DNA of 64,000 bases from Longimicrobiales bacterium (GTDB lineage: Bacteria > Gemmatimonadota > Gemmatimonadetes > Longimicrobiales > Gaopeijiaceae): positions 32,001 to 96,000 of the forward strand of contig CBDDCX010000008.1 of the NCBI GenBank assembly GCA_965226375.1, written 5' to 3'. The position numbers were made by a program, and so were the translations under genes. Below are positions 30,695 through 40,654 of this stretch, piece after piece (the first letter of the stretch is position 1; each line of letters begins with the position of its first letter). The notes beneath the pieces were generated by a model, which worked only from the letters and a program-made list of their open reading frames with translations, was not told the origin of the DNA and ran no database searches.

Positions 30695-31954
30695 CTACGA
30701 CCGAGGACGAACGATCTGCCCGCCCCGGATTACGAACGACGGCCGGCGGAGGGATATGATGTCCGTCAACGGATCGTCTATGTATGCGACGAGGTCGGCG
30801 ACCTTGCCTACCTCTACAGAGCCGAAGTCGTCGGCCACACCGATCACGGCTGCGCCGACGGAGGTGGCAGACGCGATGACTTCGAGCGGGGTCAGCCCAA
30901 CGGATTCCAGCAGCATCTCGATCTCGTCGAAGAGCGACGGCCCGTCTGTTCCGGTCGAGATTGGGATACCCATCTCATGGGCCCGCCGGGTGAGCTCGAC
31001 GGCCCATGCCGACGCTTCGTCTCCGACGGCCCCTGAGATCGTTGAGATCGTCGCATCCAGGATCATGCCTCGGTCACGCATGATCTCAAGAACGGCAGTC
31101 ACTTCAGGGGAATCCGGCGAGACGGAGCCGTACGGCGCTGGTGGTCCAAAGGGGTTGTGGGGGTGTGAACCGTTGTAGGTGGCGGGCAACTCCTCCGCGC
31201 CTTCCCAAACGAAGAGGGCGGCATGCGAGATGACGTGCACACCGCTGGCTGCCACGACGGACGGCCTAGTCGGAAACACGACCGGATGGCTCCAGACTCG
31301 CATTCCGGCGTTGCCAGCCGATGTTGCGATCGTTGTCACCAGCGTCGGGGGTAAGTCTGAGTAGATCTTGATGCCAGTCGCGCCACTCTCTCTCGCCCCA
31401 CGAAGTCCGGCGTCGAGATCGGTCGTGTCGGTCACGGCCAGCAGCCAAGTCGCGTGACCTTCGCTGGAGTATGTGGGCTGCACTCTGGGGTCGTCCCGCA
31501 TGAACGTGGGGCCAGCCCAGAATGCTGACCAATACAATCGCGTGAGCTGGGATGTGTCCGCCGAAGCAACGAGGTCAGAATAGTCGGCTGCGCAGCACGC
31601 CATTTCGCGCGCAGACGTGATTCCGGCACGGAGCATGGCGTCCAAGACCGTCCCTATTCCGTCCACATCCCGCGCTACGATGTGCTTGTGTGAGTCGATG
31701 AGTCCGGGCGTGACGAAGAGTCCGGCTGCATCAACTGTCCCGACGTCGTCGGGAAGCGCTGGTCGGACCGAGGTGATCCGCCCGCCCGTCACCTCAATGG
31801 TCCGATTGGGTTGTGGTGCGGAACCGAGACCATCTATCACAGTGACGTTGGCCAGGACCAGGTCCGGTGTGGTTCCGGAGGGGGAATCAGGTCCACCACA
31901 CGCGAGGAGTAGGAGTAGGACGCCCGTGGCCACCAGTCGAACGTTGAGCTTCAT
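30695..31954 (-). CDS. Cassette-borne amidohydrolase-family lipoprotein
   Basis: LLAC lipobox; motifs PGLIDSHKH, GTD, GKVADL. Confidence 0.85.
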   Translation of the reverse strand: MKLNVRLVATGVLLLLLACGGPDSPSGTTPDLVLANVTVIDGLGSAPQPNRTIEVTGGRITSVRPALPDDVGTVDAAGLFVTPGLIDSHKHIVARDVDGIGTVLDAMLRAGITSAREMACCAADYSDLVASADTSQLTRLYWSAFWAGPTFMRDDPRVQPTYSSEGHATWLLAVTDTTDLDAGLRGARESGATGIKIYSDLPPTLVTTIATSAGNAGMRVWSHPVVFPTRPSVVAASGVHVISHAALFVWEGAEELPATYNGSHPHNPFGPPAPYGSVSPDSPEVTAVLEIMRDRGMILDATISTISGAVGDEASAWAVELTRRAHEMGIPISTGTDGPSLFDEIEMLLESVGLTPLEVIASATSVGAAVIGVADDFGSVEVGKVADLVAYIDDPLTDIISLRRPSFVIRGGQIVRPRS

Positions 31955-32007
31955 GTTCCGTCCCTCGGTCCCGGATCACTGATTCTTCTAGGTAGGCCCA
32001 ACGCATG

Positions 32008-32160
32008 TCCGATAACGGGCTCACGCGCTCCCGGCGCGGAGTGAGCGCTAGCGAACGCAGTGCCCCGAAGGGACGGGCCCGTTGGTCTTCACGATAGTGT
32101 CCCAACAGCTACCGCGCGAAGGCGCGCCGAAGGGCCCAGCGGGAGAGCGGCGTTATCGGA
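32008..32160 (-). other. attC recombination site
   Basis: TCCGATAAC...GTTATCGGA with long imperfect internal palindromes. Confidence 0.85.
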
Positions 32161-32198
32161 TGCCACGCGTCAGTCGACACCGAATCGACAGGACTCGA

Positions 32199-32960
32199 TC
32201 AGCGCATCCCGCGGTGCTGAGCACCGTCGATCGAAAGGCATTCGCCAGCAACCCATGCCGCCCGGGGGGAGATGAGGAAGACGGCGACGTGGGCGACCTC
32301 TTCCGGAGTGCCAAGACGGCCCCAGGGGATCGACGCACGGACGGATTCGTAGACCTCCGGCTGCTGCTCCTTGATCGTGGACCAGATGCCGCCGGGGAAG
32401 TCGATCGACCCAGGTGCGATCGCGTTCACGCGGATTCCTCGCGGAGCGTGCATCACGGCGAGTTTCTTGGCATGCGCGATCAGTGCCGCCTTGGCGGCCG
32501 TATATCCATAGTCCGGGGCGGGATCTGCTTCGAGCCCCGAGGTGGACGAGACAAAGAGGATTGATCCGCCTCCGGCTTCTTCCATCCATGGCATGACGTG
32601 CTCTGCGGCGTGGACGGCGGCCATCAAGTCTACCTGGAGACTCGCTTCCCAATCCGACATGTCCGGCCCAACCGCGAGCACGGACGCGTTATGCACAAGC
32701 ACATCGACACTACCCAGGTCGCTCCGCGCAGCGTCGAGGAAGGCTACGAGTGCGAGGGGATCAGCGACATCGCAGGAGTGTGCGTACGCTCTGACACCCC
32801 TCGACGAGATCTCCGATTCCGCAGCTCGAAGAGGCTCCTCGTTCCTGGCGCAGATCGCTACGTTCGCCTCTTCCGCGGCGAGCCCGAGGGCGATTGAGCG
32901 ACCAATGCCACGACTCCCGCCGATCACAACGCAGTTCCGGTTCTGCAGTCCGAGGTCCAA
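32199..32960 (-). CDS. Cassette-borne SDR-family oxidoreductase
   Basis: Motifs GGSRGIG, YTAAK, NAIAPG; TTG start after GGAGG. Confidence 0.9.
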   Translation of the reverse strand: MDLGLQNRNCVVIGGSRGIGRSIALGLAAEEANVAICARNEEPLRAAESEISSRGVRAYAHSCDVADPLALVAFLDAARSDLGSVDVLVHNASVLAVGPDMSDWEASLQVDLMAAVHAAEHVMPWMEEAGGGSILFVSSTSGLEADPAPDYGYTAAKAALIAHAKKLAVMHAPRGIRVNAIAPGSIDFPGGIWSTIKEQQPEVYESVRASIPWGRLGTPEEVAHVAVFLISPRAAWVAGECLSIDGAQHRGMR

Positions 32961-33025
32961 GCCGATGCCTCCCTTCAAAATCGAACACAGGGCGACCGTG
33001 TCCAATATCGTGATCGAAAGTGATG

Positions 33026-33050
33026 TCCGATAACGGCCCCACTCCCGACA
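33026..33050 (-). other. First core site of the array (attI-like or truncated attC)
   Basis: GTTATCGGA core with no upstream R'' partner. Confidence 0.5.
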
Positions 33051-33183
33051 CCCATGTTCGCCAAGCAGGCACTCAGCACCCGTATCGCGACGTATGTCGC
33101 TGTATGGCCTTATGTACGACGGGGGGCACAAATCCGGGAGGGGCGCGCTCACATTATACACACCTGAAGCGATCCGCCACTCC

Positions 33184-34179
33184 TTACCCCCTCACCTCCA
33201 CCACCTCACCACCTCTCCGGGCCGACTCGTACAGCGCCGCGATGACCCTCATGTTGAGTGCCGCCTCGTCGGCGGCGTAACGCAGGGGACGGTCGTTCAG
33301 GGCGCAGTCGGCGAAGTGCTCCACCATGAGGCGGTACTCATCGTCGCCCGCCACCGTGTGCTCGATCATTTCCCCACGGCCTCGACTCTCCTCGATGACC
33401 ACGTCGGCGGTGCCGGGAAGAAACGCCGCAGGCACGGTGAGGTGGCCGTCCGTTCCGGCCACGACACAGGATTCCCGTCGTTCCATGGTCAGTGCGCAGT
33501 CGAACTGCGCGAGCAGGCCGTCTTCGAAACGAAGCGTCCCCGCCATCTGCTCGTCGACGCCACTCGCGGACTGGTGGGCCACGGCCTGCACCTCCACCGG
33601 CTCGGCTCCGGCGATCGTCCGGCTGACGTTGACGCAGTAGCAGCCCACGTCCATCAACGAGCCTCCACCCAGATCGGGATCGAGGCGGATGTGGTCGGGG
33701 TTCTTGAGGCGGAATGTGAAGGCGCTCGTGATCACCTTGAGGTCACCCACGGCGCCGGCCCGCACCATCTCGACGACCCTCTGGATCCGGGGATGGAAAC
33801 GGTACATGAAGGCCTCCATGAGCTTCACACCGTTGGCGTCGGCGGCCGCCCGCATCTCTCCGCACTCGGCTTCGTTCAGCGCCAGCGGCTTTTCACAGAG
33901 GACGTGCTTGCCCTTTTCGGCGGCCCGAACGGTCCACTCCCGGTGCATGCTGTTCGGAAGCGGAATGTAGACGGCGTCCAGCGAGTCGTCGTCCAGCAGG
34001 GCCTCGTAGCTTCCGTAGTGCGCGGGAATATCCCACTTCTCGGCGAACTCGCGGGCTCGCTCCCCGTCGCGACTCGCCACGGCCATGAGTTCGCCGTTGT
34101 TCGAAGCTTGGATGGCCGGGTTCACGGCGGCCCGCCCGATGTTCGACGTGCTGATGACACCCCAGCGGAGCTTGGTCAC
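33184..34179 (-). CDS. Gfo/Idh/MocA oxidoreductase
   Basis: Motifs GKHVLCEKP, EAFMYRFHP, GGGSLMDVGCY. Confidence 0.9.
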   Translation of the reverse strand: MTKLRWGVISTSNIGRAAVNPAIQASNNGELMAVASRDGERAREFAEKWDIPAHYGSYEALLDDDSLDAVYIPLPNSMHREWTVRAAEKGKHVLCEKPLALNEAECGEMRAAADANGVKLMEAFMYRFHPRIQRVVEMVRAGAVGDLKVITSAFTFRLKNPDHIRLDPDLGGGSLMDVGCYCVNVSRTIAGAEPVEVQAVAHQSASGVDEQMAGTLRFEDGLLAQFDCALTMERRESCVVAGTDGHLTVPAAFLPGTADVVIEESRGRGEMIEHTVAGDDEYRLMVEHFADCALNDRPLRYAADEAALNMRVIAALYESARRGGEVVEVRG

Positions 34180-35036
34180 TGCGTTCTCCCTGTCGGGTCC
34201 AGAGCGTCCTGGAGCCCGTCTCCGATAAAGTTGACCGAAAGCACGATCAGCAGGATCGCCAGTCCGGGAAATATGGTGAGCCATGGCTTGGTTGCCATGG
34301 TGGCCTGGGCGTCCATGAGCATGTTGCCCCAGGTGGGGATCGGCGGCTGGACGCCGAGGCCGAGGAAGCTCAGGGACGACTCGAGGATGATCGCGTTTCC
34401 CACGGCGAGCGTGGCCCCCACCACGATCGGGCCGATGGCGTTGGGCATGATGTGCCGCATGATGATCCTCGGGTTCGCCACCCCCAGGCTGCGGGCGGCT
34501 TCCACGTACGCCATCTCCTTGATGGAGAGCACGTCGCCACGGACCACGCGCGCAGTGGCCATCCAGCTGAGCAGGCCGATGATGAGTGCCATGGACATGG
34601 CTGCCGCTTGTGTGTAGGAGCTCAAGACGATCAGCAGCGGCAACGTCGGGATCGAGTAGACTACGTCGGTCAGCCGCATCAGGAGGTTGTCCGTCCTGCC
34701 TCCGTAGAAACCCGCCAGGGCCCCCACCAGCGCCCCCATGCCGGTGCCGATAATCGCCGCCATGAGTCCGATGAGGATGGACCCCCGGCCGCCATACAGG
34801 ATTCTGGTGAAGAGGTCGCGACCCAAGTCGTCGGTACCCATCCAGTGCTCCGCCGAAGGCGCCGCACGGATGCTCCCCAAATCAATGCCGTCGAACTCGT
34901 AAGGGACCAGCAGCGGAGCGGCCACGCACGCAGCCGTGATGACACCCACCACGCCGCAGGAGGCGATCGCCAGCCTGTGCCGCTTCAGACGTCGCCACAC
35001 CAGACCCCGAGGGGTTCGCACGCCGATCTCGGTCAT
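34176..35036 (-). CDS. Peptide ABC transporter permease (DppC/OppC-like)
   Basis: Motifs GTDDLGRD, EAA loop, LSFLGLG. Confidence 0.9.
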   Translation of the reverse strand: MTEIGVRTPRGLVWRRLKRHRLAIASCGVVGVITAACVAAPLLVPYEFDGIDLGSIRAAPSAEHWMGTDDLGRDLFTRILYGGRGSILIGLMAAIIGTGMGALVGALAGFYGGRTDNLLMRLTDVVYSIPTLPLLIVLSSYTQAAAMSMALIIGLLSWMATARVVRGDVLSIKEMAYVEAARSLGVANPRIIMRHIMPNAIGPIVVGATLAVGNAIILESSLSFLGLGVQPPIPTWGNMLMDAQATMATKPWLTIFPGLAILLIVLSVNFIGDGLQDALDPTGRTQ

Positions 35037-35986
35037 TCGTATCGGATCCGCGGATCCAGGAAACCGTAGAGGACGTCCGCCACGAGGTTGAAGGCGATCA
35101 CCATGACCGAGCCCATCATCATGATGCCCATGAGCAGCGGATAGTCACGCGAGAACATGGCCTGAACGAATATTCGGCCGATGCCCGGCCACGCGAATAT
35201 CGTCTCGGTGATCACCGCTCCCGAGAACATGTCGGCGAGGCCCAGGGCCATGACCGAGAGCACGGGGATGAGGGCGTTGCGAACGCCGTGGACTCCCACC
35301 ACTGCTCGCTCGGGTAATCCCTTCGCGCGGGCGGTCCGGATGAAGTCGGCCCGGAGGACTCCCAGCAGGCTGGCACGGAGGTAGCGAGACCACCCCGGGA
35401 TGTTCCGGAACGACAGCACCACAGCCGGCAGAATCAGGTGCCTGAGATGGTCGCCCAGAGAGGTATCACCCACGGTCTCCGTGCCGGCCACGGGCAGCCA
35501 CCCGAGCTTCACCGAAAAGACCAGCTGGAGGATCAGGGCGAACCAGAAGACGGGCATCGCGATACCGATGAAGGACACGCCCGTGCTGAAGTAGTCGAAC
35601 AAGCTGTACTGCTTCACGGCGCTGAAGATGCCGAGCCCGATGGCGATGATCGCCGCCAGTAAGAACGACGAGGCCATGAGCTCAAGCGTCGCGGGCAGCC
35701 GCTCCAGGATCATCTCCGATACGGGCCGGGTGGTGGAGAAGCTGACTCCCAGATCACCAGCCATCGCGGCGGACATCCACCGTACATATTGGATATGGAT
35801 CGGCTGATCGACGCCCAGTCGTGCCCGGTACGCCTCGATCACCTCCGGATCGATGAAGCGGCCCGTCTCGAGCAGGCTGCCCTCGGGACCACCGGGTGCC
35901 AGTTGGATGACGGTGAACAGGATAAGCGAGATCCCGAGCACCAGGGGGATCATCTGGAGCGGACGCCGGCCGATATAGGTCAGCAT
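35033..35986 (-). CDS. Peptide ABC transporter permease (DppB/OppB-like)
   Basis: Motifs GDLGVS, TARAKGL, ETIFAWPG. Confidence 0.9.
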   Translation of the reverse strand: MLTYIGRRPLQMIPLVLGISLILFTVIQLAPGGPEGSLLETGRFIDPEVIEAYRARLGVDQPIHIQYVRWMSAAMAGDLGVSFSTTRPVSEMILERLPATLELMASSFLLAAIIAIGLGIFSAVKQYSLFDYFSTGVSFIGIAMPVFWFALILQLVFSVKLGWLPVAGTETVGDTSLGDHLRHLILPAVVLSFRNIPGWSRYLRASLLGVLRADFIRTARAKGLPERAVVGVHGVRNALIPVLSVMALGLADMFSGAVITETIFAWPGIGRIFVQAMFSRDYPLLMGIMMMGSVMVIAFNLVADVLYGFLDPRIRYE

Positions 35987-36060
35987 GGCTCGGGTATACC
36001 CCTTGGGTGGTTCACCTTGGCCCCTCGGCCACCTCGCCACTCTCGGCAGTCATCGCCCAC

Positions 36061-37698
36061 CTAGTTATTCCCAAGTGTCCACTCATAGAGGTTCCAGAAG
36101 CTGCCGAAGTTGGTGCCGCTACCCTTGTAGTTTCCGACCTGCGTGCTCAGGACTTCCGGGACCACGTTGTAGTAGATGGGCACGAAGCGGTCCGACGCGG
36201 CCAGGAGCGCCTGGGCCCGGTCGAGCGCCTGTTTCCGCTCCGCGAAGTCCAGCGATTGGTCGGACCGCTTCAGCGCTTCGTCCACCTCGGGATCGCAGAA
36301 GGCAGTGAAGTTGTTGGACCCATCGCAGGCGTAGAGGCCGGTCAGGCTGGGGTCGGCGGGAAGAAACCACGCGCTGACGAGCCCTTCCCATCCGCTGTCG
36401 CGCCATGCCTGGGTCCAGGCTGCGGCCTCCAGCGTCTCGAATACGACTTCGATCCCTACGTCCTTGAGTTGGGCCTGAATGACCTGGGCGATCGCGATGC
36501 GGTCGGCGCTGCCCGCGCGATTGATGATCGAGAACGAGAAACGGAGGCCGTCTTTGACCCGTATGCGGTCCCGTCCCGGAGCCCATCCGGCCCCGTCCAA
36601 CAGCCTCCTGGATCGATCGGGGTCGTATTCCCTTCCGCTGACGGAGGCGTTGTGGAACGGGCTCGTCGGGTTGAGCGGCGTGGTGGCGACGGTGACCGTG
36701 CCCTGCATTAACTGTTCGGCGATCGCTTGGCGGTCTATAGCGTGAGCCATGGCCGTTCGCACCGCGATGTCGCTGAAGAGCGCTCGGCTCCGATCCGTGT
36801 TCAAGGACACGTCAAAATGCATGAACCCGTTCGTGCTGACGAGATGGACGTCGTAGCCCTCGAGGTCGGCGATCTCGGCGACCTGCACAGGCTCGACCTG
36901 ACCGTAGTGGTATTGCCCCGCCTTGAGCGCGTTGAGGCGAGTGTTCGAGTCCGGAATGAACGCCCACACGACCTCATCGATGCGGGGATAGTCCGACCCC
37001 CTCCAGTAGTCGTCGTTACGGACGGCCCGGATGTACTCGCCGGCTCGCCACTCGACGAACTTGAAGGGTCCGGTGCCCACCAACTCGTCCCCGCGGTTGT
37101 AGGGCACGTAATTGATGATTTGCTCTGTCGTCATGTGCCCCAGGACGTGTTCGGGGAGAACAGCCTCGAAGAGGCCCGCGTAATATCCGCGCACGCCCTC
37201 CCACCGAAAGACCACCGTGTGGTCGTCGGGCATGAGGCAATCGAGGATCGCCAGGTACAGGTCGCGGTTGTACACGGCAGACCCCTCGCTCGAAACGAAC
37301 CGCCGGGTGAAGCATACGTCCTCGCTGGTGAACGGCTCACCGTCGTGCCAGCGTACGCCTTCCTGCAGGTCCCAGGTCATGTCGATGGTACCGTCGTCAT
37401 TCCGGACGACGAGCCCGTTCTCTTCAGTAGGGATCTCCTTGGCCAGGACCGGGATGTACTGGTTGTTCTCGTCCGTGGTAACGAGACCCTCGACCATGCT
37501 GAAGTGAACGTCCAGCAGCATCTGGCTGGTCAGTGCGTTCAGGACATCGATCTCGCGGTTGTAGGCGATGCGCAGGATCTTGCGGCCACCGCCGTCGATG
37601 TCCGGTGAGCCCGGGGCTCTCGGTCCTCCGGAGTCGCAGCCACCGACGAGCAACGCGAGGAGTAGGACACAGCCGTCTTTCCTGTCCGCGAGGGTCAC
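36061..37698 (-). CDS. Peptide ABC substrate-binding lipoprotein (family 5)
   Basis: Lipobox VGGC; motifs WHDG and GTGPF. Confidence 0.9.
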   Translation of the reverse strand: MTLADRKDGCVLLLALLVGGCDSGGPRAPGSPDIDGGGRKILRIAYNREIDVLNALTSQMLLDVHFSMVEGLVTTDENNQYIPVLAKEIPTEENGLVVRNDDGTIDMTWDLQEGVRWHDGEPFTSEDVCFTRRFVSSEGSAVYNRDLYLAILDCLMPDDHTVVFRWEGVRGYYAGLFEAVLPEHVLGHMTTEQIINYVPYNRGDELVGTGPFKFVEWRAGEYIRAVRNDDYWRGSDYPRIDEVVWAFIPDSNTRLNALKAGQYHYGQVEPVQVAEIADLEGYDVHLVSTNGFMHFDVSLNTDRSRALFSDIAVRTAMAHAIDRQAIAEQLMQGTVTVATTPLNPTSPFHNASVSGREYDPDRSRRLLDGAGWAPGRDRIRVKDGLRFSFSIINRAGSADRIAIAQVIQAQLKDVGIEVVFETLEAAAWTQAWRDSGWEGLVSAWFLPADPSLTGLYACDGSNNFTAFCDPEVDEALKRSDQSLDFAERKQALDRAQALLAASDRFVPIYYNVVPEVLSTQVGNYKGSGTNFGSFWNLYEWTLGNN

Positions 37699-39392
37699 GA
37701 TCCGGCGCGTCGTAGGAGCCGGCCGGGCCTCGCGTTGCCCAGCACACCGTCGTCGATCACCGGGACTCCGTTCACAAGCACATAATCCATCCCTTCGGCA
37801 TACTGCATGGGGTCACCGAAGTCGGCTCGGTCCCTCACGTTCGCGGGATCGAAGATCAGGAGGTCGGCGGCCATGCCGGGGGCGATCAGCCCCCGATCAT
37901 GGAGCCCGAGGCGGTGCGCAGAAAGCGAGGTCATGCGCCGTACGGCGTCCTCCAGGGTCAACACCCCGTCCTCCCGGACATACTTTCTGATCACCCGAGG
38001 AAACGCCCCGAAAGCCCGTGGGTGCGAACTCGCGCTCGTGGCCGGGTTCACTGGGGAGGCATCGGTATCGATCATCACCCACTCGGCTCGGAGCGCCTGC
38101 CACTTCTGCTCCTCGTTCATGCTCCTGGGGTTCACGCTCACCCCGCCGGCCTTCACGAGATCGAAGAAGGCGCTCCACTCATCCGTGCCCAGCACTTCCG
38201 CTGCTCCGGCTACCGACCGACCGATGACGTTCTGGTCGATCGACTCGGGAGCGGACACGATGAGAACGTTGTCCCAGTCCATGCCGACATGTCGGTACCA
38301 ATTCTCCCAGTCGGCCGTGGATTCCACCTCGCCGCGCAGGGTCCGCCGAAGCTCGGCGTCGTCGAGTGTCGCCAGGAAGGCCCCGGTGCCCTCGGCGTAG
38401 TGTCTGGGATGGAGGAATGATCCCAGGCCGATGCCATTTCGGATGTACGGGTAGATGTCGGCGGTCACGTCCATCCCTGCCGTGCGGGCCGAGTCGATCA
38501 GCGCGATGGCCTCTGCCATGAGTGGCCAATTTTCTTGGCCGGCGGCCTTCAGGTGATAGATGTGGACTGGGACCTCTGCGCCTTCACCGATCTCGAGGGC
38601 CTCGCGGATCGCCTCCAGGACCGCGTGACTCTCGTTACGCATGTGTGTGAAGTAGACGCCGCCGTACTCGCCCGCGACCCGGGCCAACTCGATGAGCTCG
38701 TCCGTGTCGGCGTACACCGCTGGGGGATAGATCAGCGACGTCGAGACCCCCACGGCGCCGTCCTCCATGGCTTGCCGCACCAACGCCTTCATCTCCTCGA
38801 TGTCAGCGAGGTCGGGCCGGACGTCCCCGTCGCCCAGCACCACCCGACGCACCTGGGTCAGGCCCACGTCGTGAACCACGTTTATGGGGATGCCGAAGCG
38901 CTCGATGATCGCGAAGTATTCCGCGTACGTCTGCCAGCGGAGTACCTCGCCGTTCACCACGGGTGGGTTCGAGAGGGTGGCTTCGCTCTGTGGCGCGGGT
39001 GAGCCGCCTTCGCCGGAAAGGTAGGTGGTAATGCCCTGGCGCAGCTTGCTCTCTGCGCTCGGGGGATTGGTCACCAGCACCTGGCTGGACTGGCCCATCA
39101 TGTCTATGAAGCCGGGGCTGACCACCCGGTCGGCGGCGTCGATGGTCCGGAGGGCCTCGTGGCTGTCCAGGTGTCCCACCTCTACGATCATGTCCCCTCG
39201 GTTGCCCACGTCTCCACGGAACCACGGGTTGCCCGCACCGTCGACGATGCGTGCGTCCAGGATCAGAATGTCGAGGGGCTCTTCGGCCTCCGGGGTCTCG
39301 CCGCCGGGGGTGCATGCGGAGAGCGATGCGATGAGCAGCAGTGCGGCGGCGGACGGGGTGAACCGGATCGCCGAGGTTGAATCGAGCACCAT
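37695..39392 (-). CDS. N-acyl-D-amino-acid deacylase family protein
   Basis: Motifs PGFID, HMRNE, HLK, HPRAFG. Confidence 0.85.
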   Translation of the reverse strand: MVLDSTSAIRFTPSAAALLLIASLSACTPGGETPEAEEPLDILILDARIVDGAGNPWFRGDVGNRGDMIVEVGHLDSHEALRTIDAADRVVSPGFIDMMGQSSQVLVTNPPSAESKLRQGITTYLSGEGGSPAPQSEATLSNPPVVNGEVLRWQTYAEYFAIIERFGIPINVVHDVGLTQVRRVVLGDGDVRPDLADIEEMKALVRQAMEDGAVGVSTSLIYPPAVYADTDELIELARVAGEYGGVYFTHMRNESHAVLEAIREALEIGEGAEVPVHIYHLKAAGQENWPLMAEAIALIDSARTAGMDVTADIYPYIRNGIGLGSFLHPRHYAEGTGAFLATLDDAELRRTLRGEVESTADWENWYRHVGMDWDNVLIVSAPESIDQNVIGRSVAGAAEVLGTDEWSAFFDLVKAGGVSVNPRSMNEEQKWQALRAEWVMIDTDASPVNPATSASSHPRAFGAFPRVIRKYVREDGVLTLEDAVRRMTSLSAHRLGLHDRGLIAPGMAADLLIFDPANVRDRADFGDPMQYAEGMDYVLVNGVPVIDDGVLGNARPGRLLRRAGS

Positions 39393-39408
39393 GGGTCCCT
39401 CCGAGTCG

Positions 39409-39990
39409 CTAACCTGAGGCCTGTTTCCGCTCCCGAATATGGCGTCTGAACCGGAAGGCGTTTTCCGGGAGCTCGAGGTCCATCCCATATTCGTCGGGGC
39501 CGACGGCGAGGACCTTGGCTACGATCACGCTCAGGTCCTCGCGCTCGAACGCCTCGAGGACGGCTTCGCCGAACTGTAGTGGCGTCTCGGCGGTGGCCAC
39601 GTGCTCCACGCCCGCTCCTCGGGCGATCTGGGCCAAGTCGGTGATGCCCGCGGTGGTCTGGGAGTCGAAGCCGCCGGTCGAGAGCAGGCTTCCGTTGTCG
39701 AAGATGATGTGGATCAGGTTCTTCGGTCGGTAGCGGGCCAGGGTCGTCAGCGTGCCCAGGTTCATGAGAACCGAGCCGTCGCCGTCCAACACGACCACTC
39801 GGTCCCGCGGCAGGTGCATGGCCAGCCCCAGGCCGATGGACGACGCCAGTCCCATGGCGTGCTGCAGATAGAAGAAATTCTCCCGGTGGCCCAGGTTGTA
39901 GAGCTCCTGGGCGCAGGCGCCCATGATGGTCACGGCCAGCTTATCTTCGAGCTCGGGGTAGATGACCTCTATGCACTGCGCGCGTTCCAT
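39409..39990 (-). CDS. Sulfopyruvate/phosphonopyruvate decarboxylase beta-like subunit (TPP-binding, ComE-like)
   Basis: Motif MGLASSIGLG...DGDGSVLMN...DN. Confidence 0.75.
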   Translation of the reverse strand: MERAQCIEVIYPELEDKLAVTIMGACAQELYNLGHRENFFYLQHAMGLASSIGLGLAMHLPRDRVVVLDGDGSVLMNLGTLTTLARYRPKNLIHIIFDNGSLLSTGGFDSQTTAGITDLAQIARGAGVEHVATAETPLQFGEAVLEAFEREDLSVIVAKVLAVGPDEYGMDLELPENAFRFRRHIRERKQASG

Positions 39991-39992
39991 GC

Positions 39993-40502
39993 TCAGTCCT
40001 CCATCAGATCGCGCGTGAGGAGCAGCGCGACCGGTGACAGGGAGCTCTGTGAGAACGTGTAGGCCTCCTGGATCTGCTTGCCGACCCGGTCGGGATCGCG
40101 GGCGTACTCGAACGGGATGCCTAGCGCGCGGAGCACCTCCTCGGTCACGATTCCGCCACGCGTGTGCCACGGATAGGGCTCACCCCAGTGGCCCCGAAGC
40201 GCGATGAGCATGCACAGGGGGATCCCGTAGAGCTGAGCCAGGGACACCACCCCGTTGATTGCCGCGAGGAAGCCGTGGTTCTGCATGAGGAGCACGTGGG
40301 GGTCTCCGGCAAAATAGGCGCCGGCGGCGATCCCGATGGCCTCTTCCTCCTTCGCCACTTGGATCAGTTCGACGTCTGGGTCGTCCTCCGCGCGTTGGAG
40401 CAGTAGGCCGAGCCAGGTCTCCGGGAGCGCGGATATCGACTTGATCCCGGCACTCTTGATGCCTTCGAAAATGATTTTCGAGTTTTCGTATGAGACGGGC
40501 AT
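39993..40502 (-). CDS. Sulfopyruvate/phosphonopyruvate decarboxylase alpha-like subunit (ComD-like)
   Basis: Motifs KEEEAIGIAAGA, LMQN, RG..GE. Confidence 0.75.
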   Translation of the reverse strand: MPVSYENSKIIFEGIKSAGIKSISALPETWLGLLLQRAEDDPDVELIQVAKEEEAIGIAAGAYFAGDPHVLLMQNHGFLAAINGVVSLAQLYGIPLCMLIALRGHWGEPYPWHTRGGIVTEEVLRALGIPFEYARDPDRVGKQIQEAYTFSQSSLSPVALLLTRDLMED

Positions 40503-40654
40503 CAAGCCGCCGGGTCGCGCGTCGATCGGGTGTCGGAACAATCTTGGCGAGCCGTGGTCCGAGGACCAGGGGGAGCGACCTTCCGAGGCGCCCGATCGGC
40601 CATGGAGAGGAGTCCCTCCCGCCACATGCTTGTTGCCCCTGAGGACGAATCATC

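Noticed and set aside
25291..33050. CRISPR array
   Set aside because: The repeats are ~150 bp and separated by whole genes; no cas genes are present.
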